DNA from: Phapecoctavirus DIJ07P2
Sequence record: OZ035771.1
Reading direction: 5' to 3' (one strand)
Length of the DNA stretch: 64,000 nucleotides
Below are positions 61,167 through 64,000 of the stretch, one piece after another. Positions within the stretch are counted from its first letter, which is position 1, and each line of letters begins with the position of its first letter. A model generated the notes under the pieces. The model saw nothing but the letters and a program-made list of their open reading frames with translations. It had not been told where the DNA came from and did not search any database. A program made the translations under genes and the position numbers.

Positions 61167-61501
61167 ATATTTGGGAATTGTCGCTGCGTGGACCTGACGG
61201 CCCGAAAATTCGCGTTAAGCACTTCTTACGTATACGCCATGATTTTTGCCATATGATATTGATTCTATTAGATATTCTTGCCATTATTGCCATGAAACAT
61301 GGTGTCCCGAAATAATCTCTCCCCGTAGATATTTTGGGTTACTTTTTATACAAGAGTGGGGTGTCAAAAATAATCAGTATATATGGGATAATTGATAGGA
61401 ATCCCCTATGATAATTCGATTGTAATTCCCTAAGATTGATCGTATGATGTTGGTGATTGATGATTGCCATGAAAGATGGCTAACGATGAGAGGAGATTGT
61501 C

Positions 61502-61876
61502 ATGCAAGAGAGTAAAAATGTTCCGTTGAGTAGTGCAACATTGCTTCGCTTCTATAAAGCATGGATTGCCAACTATCCTGCAATGAATCGCACAACGAGT
61601 GGCTTATGTGGTTGTCTGGTAGATTATGTAAATGATTTTGTTGGTGAGACAACTAGAGAAGAAGATAGAAGATGGCGGGATAGTTTGTTGGACCGTTTGA
61701 AATATGAAATGAGGAAACAATTTACATGTGCAGGGCTGGACTATAATCTTCCGTTCAATGCAGATTGCATGGATTACCTTTCAGAGTGTATAAACTTGGC
61801 GTGTCATACCAACACGTTACGTCTTCAGTGGGTGAAAGACAGAATTGAAGATGCAAATAATGCTTGCATTGAATAA
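61502..61876 (+). CDS. hypothetical protein (124 aa), Cys-rich
   Basis: track ORF; SD gagaggag. Confidence 0.5.
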   Translation: MQESKNVPLSSATLLRFYKAWIANYPAMNRTTSGLCGCLVDYVNDFVGETTREEDRRWRDSLLDRLKYEMRKQFTCAGLDYNLPFNADCMDYLSECINLACHTNTLRLQWVKDRIEDANNACIE

Positions 61877-61925
61877 AGATGTTTGTATAATGGATGACAT
61901 AACAGATAGCCAATGAGGAGATGAA

Positions 61926-62135
61926 ATGAAGAATTTGAAAACTGTCACAATGTTCTTGACTAATCCTACACGTGTGCAAGCACTGGCTAAAGCCAGCCGT
62001 GTAGCTGTAGAATTCCAAAACTTTAAGCCGTCCGTTGTGACAGGCAGTGAAACGTGTGTTATCGATTTCATTAACGAATACTTCCGAGGGAATCCGGTTG
62101 GTCGTTACTTTATTAAGGGTCTGAAGGATGCATAA
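61926..62135 (+). CDS. hypothetical protein (69 aa)
   Basis: track ORF; SD gaggag; TTGTATAAT -10-like site upstream. Confidence 0.45.
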   Translation: MKNLKTVTMFLTNPTRVQALAKASRVAVEFQNFKPSVVTGSETCVIDFINEYFRGNPVGRYFIKGLKDA

Positions 62136-62358
62136 CATGAAACGCATGAAAATTCGTATTGAGAATGATGGTGGTTATAAAGGATTGGCACATGCAAAAT
62201 TTCCACTTGTGTTGGAAGCTACGGTGGAATACAGTGGGCTTGCTCATGTGCGATTCTCGAAGATGATGGAAGTGCAGGAATGGTTTTGGGACGAGATAGA
62301 TGCACGAGAAGGAGAAGATTATGTTTTCTTTCCTCACGAATATAACATTGTCTATTAA
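62128..62358 (+). CDS. hypothetical protein (76 aa)
   Basis: track ORF; overlaps upstream gene by 8 nt. Confidence 0.45.
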   Translation: MHNMKRMKIRIENDGGYKGLAHAKFPLVLEATVEYSGLAHVRFSKMMEVQEWFWDEIDAREGEDYVFFPHEYNIVY

Positions 62359-62361
62359 AGG

Positions 62362-62610
62362 TTGTGTGCAATGATCACACCACAACAGAATGAAGCAGCA
62401 ATGGATCTTCTTGATAGTTTGTATTTCGATAATTGGTACTCTGAATGTGAATGGATGAATATGCAAACTCTGAAAGAGAAGACAAAAGCGTTGATTACAG
62501 TAGATCAATTTCTTGCAGAGACGGAAAGAATGAATTATGATATGGCATCTCGCGCACGACGCGTTTCCATTTTCAATAAAATGTTAGCATTATGGGGAGG
62601 TAGAAAATGA
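62362..62610 (+). CDS. hypothetical protein (82 aa)
   Basis: track ORF. Confidence 0.45.
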   Translation: MCAMITPQQNEAAMDLLDSLYFDNWYSECEWMNMQTLKEKTKALITVDQFLAETERMNYDMASRARRVSIFNKMLALWGGRK

Positions 62611-62834
62611 GACAATTCACTATACTGGAAGCACATGTGCAATGTGTTGCAGATTATGTCAAAGAACATTCAAGTTTGTTGGATGTAACCTGTGCAGTGC
62701 AAAATGATGTAGGTATTGTCTGTGTGCAACATATCCTATCTGAAACTCGTTACGAAGTATTCCGTGCTACCTTGTTTGGATGTGATCGTGTGAACTGGGT
62801 AAAAGAACGTGTAGCAGAAGAAATAATTGGTTGA
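62607..62834 (+). CDS. hypothetical protein (75 aa)
   Basis: track ORF; ATGA overlap with upstream stop. Confidence 0.45.
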   Translation: MRQFTILEAHVQCVADYVKEHSSLLDVTCAVQNDVGIVCVQHILSETRYEVFRATLFGCDRVNWVKERVAEEIIG

Positions 62835-62859
62835 CAGAAGGATCTGTCTTTGTCATAAT
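62831..62859 (+). promoter_or_regulatory. sigma70-like promoter (TTGACAGAAG type, N17, CATAAT)
   Basis: ttgacagaaggatctgtctttgtcataat upstream of ATG 62889; no GC stem-loop. Confidence 0.45.
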
Positions 62860-62888
62860 CATCTCATCGAAACAGAGAGGAGAAAATC

Positions 62889-63302
62889 ATGAAAAAGTTT
62901 ATTTGCACCCGTTCCACTAACAGTGATATCCTTGTAGGTAAGGTTATCAAAGGAGAACTCTTCCATGCAAACGGTAAGAAATATATTCTGCTGAAAGATT
63001 CTTTCAACGGGGAATATCCGCGCTGCACTTTCTTCAATTACAACACTCCATTTGCTTTAGAAGGAGATGCTTGGGAATGGGCTGAACTCAATCCTTGTTG
63101 TGAGGAAGAAGAATCTATGTTCTTAGGTTTAAACGTTTACCGTGTAGATTACACCATGTGCGGAGCGGAACATTCTGTTCGCGTAGAAGCCGAATCCAAA
63201 CTACAAGCACCTTTCAAGGCAGGATTGACTTTGGGTCATTGTTTGGCAAACATTGAAGATGTTGTGATCCAAAGAGTTGTTTTAGAGAAAGAGGCTATTT
63301 GA
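62889..63302 (+). CDS. hypothetical protein (137 aa)
   Basis: track ORF; SD agagaggag. Confidence 0.5.
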   Translation: MKKFICTRSTNSDILVGKVIKGELFHANGKKYILLKDSFNGEYPRCTFFNYNTPFALEGDAWEWAELNPCCEEEESMFLGLNVYRVDYTMCGAEHSVRVEAESKLQAPFKAGLTLGHCLANIEDVVIQRVVLEKEAI

Positions 63303-63327
63303 CAGAAGACGGTACAATATTTAAAAT
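63299..63327 (+). promoter_or_regulatory. sigma70-like promoter (TTGACAGAAG type, N17, TAAAAT)
   Basis: ttgacagaagacggtacaatatttaaaat overlapping upstream stop; ATG 63357. Confidence 0.45.
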
Positions 63328-63356
63328 ATAAAGATTAACCACAAAAGGAGAGAAAC

Positions 63357-63656
63357 ATGCAAGTTGAAGACCTGATCAAGATTCTGAATAAAGCCAAAGA
63401 GAAGGGTGCTATCAAAGACTGGAAACGTGAAACAAGTGAAGATTTATCTCATTGTTGTCGAGAATTTTACATTGAAGGTATTGCTAACGATCATTATACT
63501 ATTGAATGGTATATTAACTTAATGACTCTTAAACACGGTTCATTTGAGGTTTGGTTTGATGACATTGATGTAAATGGTTTTCATCCTGGCTATAAAATCG
63601 CTATGCAGTTATCTTATCGTAGAGAAGTTGTAGCACATTTGGGTTTACATAACTAA
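63357..63656 (+). CDS. hypothetical protein (99 aa)
   Basis: track ORF; SD aaaggagag. Confidence 0.5.
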   Translation: MQVEDLIKILNKAKEKGAIKDWKRETSEDLSHCCREFYIEGIANDHYTIEWYINLMTLKHGSFEVWFDDIDVNGFHPGYKIAMQLSYRREVVAHLGLHN

Positions 63657-63666
63657 GGAGAAAAGA

Positions 63667-63990
63667 ATGCAAGCAGTTGTTAACGAAGCTATTATGAACT
63701 TATCCTTCTTGTTAGCTGGTTTAGGAGGTGTTCTCATAGGTTTGGCTCTTATCTGGTGTATTCGTCGATTAATCGGGTACCGACAAAAAGGTGTTTCATG
63801 TTTTGTATCTTACAATTTTACAACTGCTTACAGCAATGAGGTTGGATCTGGTAATGCTCAAGCATTTTTACCAACATATCCTCCTACGGTGGAGGATATT
63901 CGAAACTTGGAAGTAGAACTTATGGGACTAAGTGATAACTATACATCTCTCGTTATTCAAAATATTTTTCGACTAAAACAGGAGGCGTGA
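63667..63990 (+). CDS. membrane-anchored hypothetical protein (107 aa)
   Basis: track ORF; SD aaggagaaaag; N-terminal TM helix LSFLLAGLGGVLIGLALIWCI. Confidence 0.5.
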   Translation: MQAVVNEAIMNLSFLLAGLGGVLIGLALIWCIRRLIGYRQKGVSCFVSYNFTTAYSNEVGSGNAQAFLPTYPPTVEDIRNLEVELMGLSDNYTSLVIQNIFRLKQEA

Positions 63991-64000
63991 ATGAAGGCAC

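Noticed and set aside
61121-61315. Plus-strand ORF of 64 aa in the repeat-rich non-coding region
   Set aside because: Starts at TTG without SD and runs through the Fur-like box and tgccat repeats; more likely regulatory DNA
1-64000. Integrated prophage or bacterial chromosome segment
   Set aside because: No integrase, attachment-site-like tRNA, repressor/anti-repressor switch or host housekeeping genes; gene content and density are those of a virulent phage genome

Overview
This 64-kb window reads as part of the genome of a large virulent tailed phage of an enterobacterial-type host, not as bacterial chromosome. Layout: (1) 1-7425 (+): three large tail spike/fibre genes, each ended by a hairpin terminator. 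(2) 7490-44047 (-): a densely packed, translationally coupled replication and nucleotide-metabolism module (SSB-like protein, A-family DNA polymerase, gp4-like primase-helicase, intein-containing SF1 helicase, anaerobic ribonucleotide reductase NrdD/NrdG interrupted by an HNH endonuclease gene, DNA adenine methyltransferase, four glycosyltransferase-like genes), with an embedded Ter-like cluster (TerD, vWA, TelA-like, TerC, macro, PRTase-like, HAD). (3) 44162-50167 (+): small early genes ending in a NADAR-domain gene. (4) 50170-51350 and 59985-61500: two repeat-rich non-coding regions. (5) 51349-59940 (+): an array of 22 near-identical promoter plus 5' stem-loop cassettes, each driving one to three tiny ORFs. 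(6) 61502-63990 (+): further small genes with a different promoter flavour. No rRNA, tRNA, CRISPR array, integrase or transposase was recognised. All functional calls come from motif recognition by eye on the supplied translations; no database search or folding was run, so family assignments are hypotheses. Coordinates of promoters, hairpins and repeats may be off by a few nucleotides.
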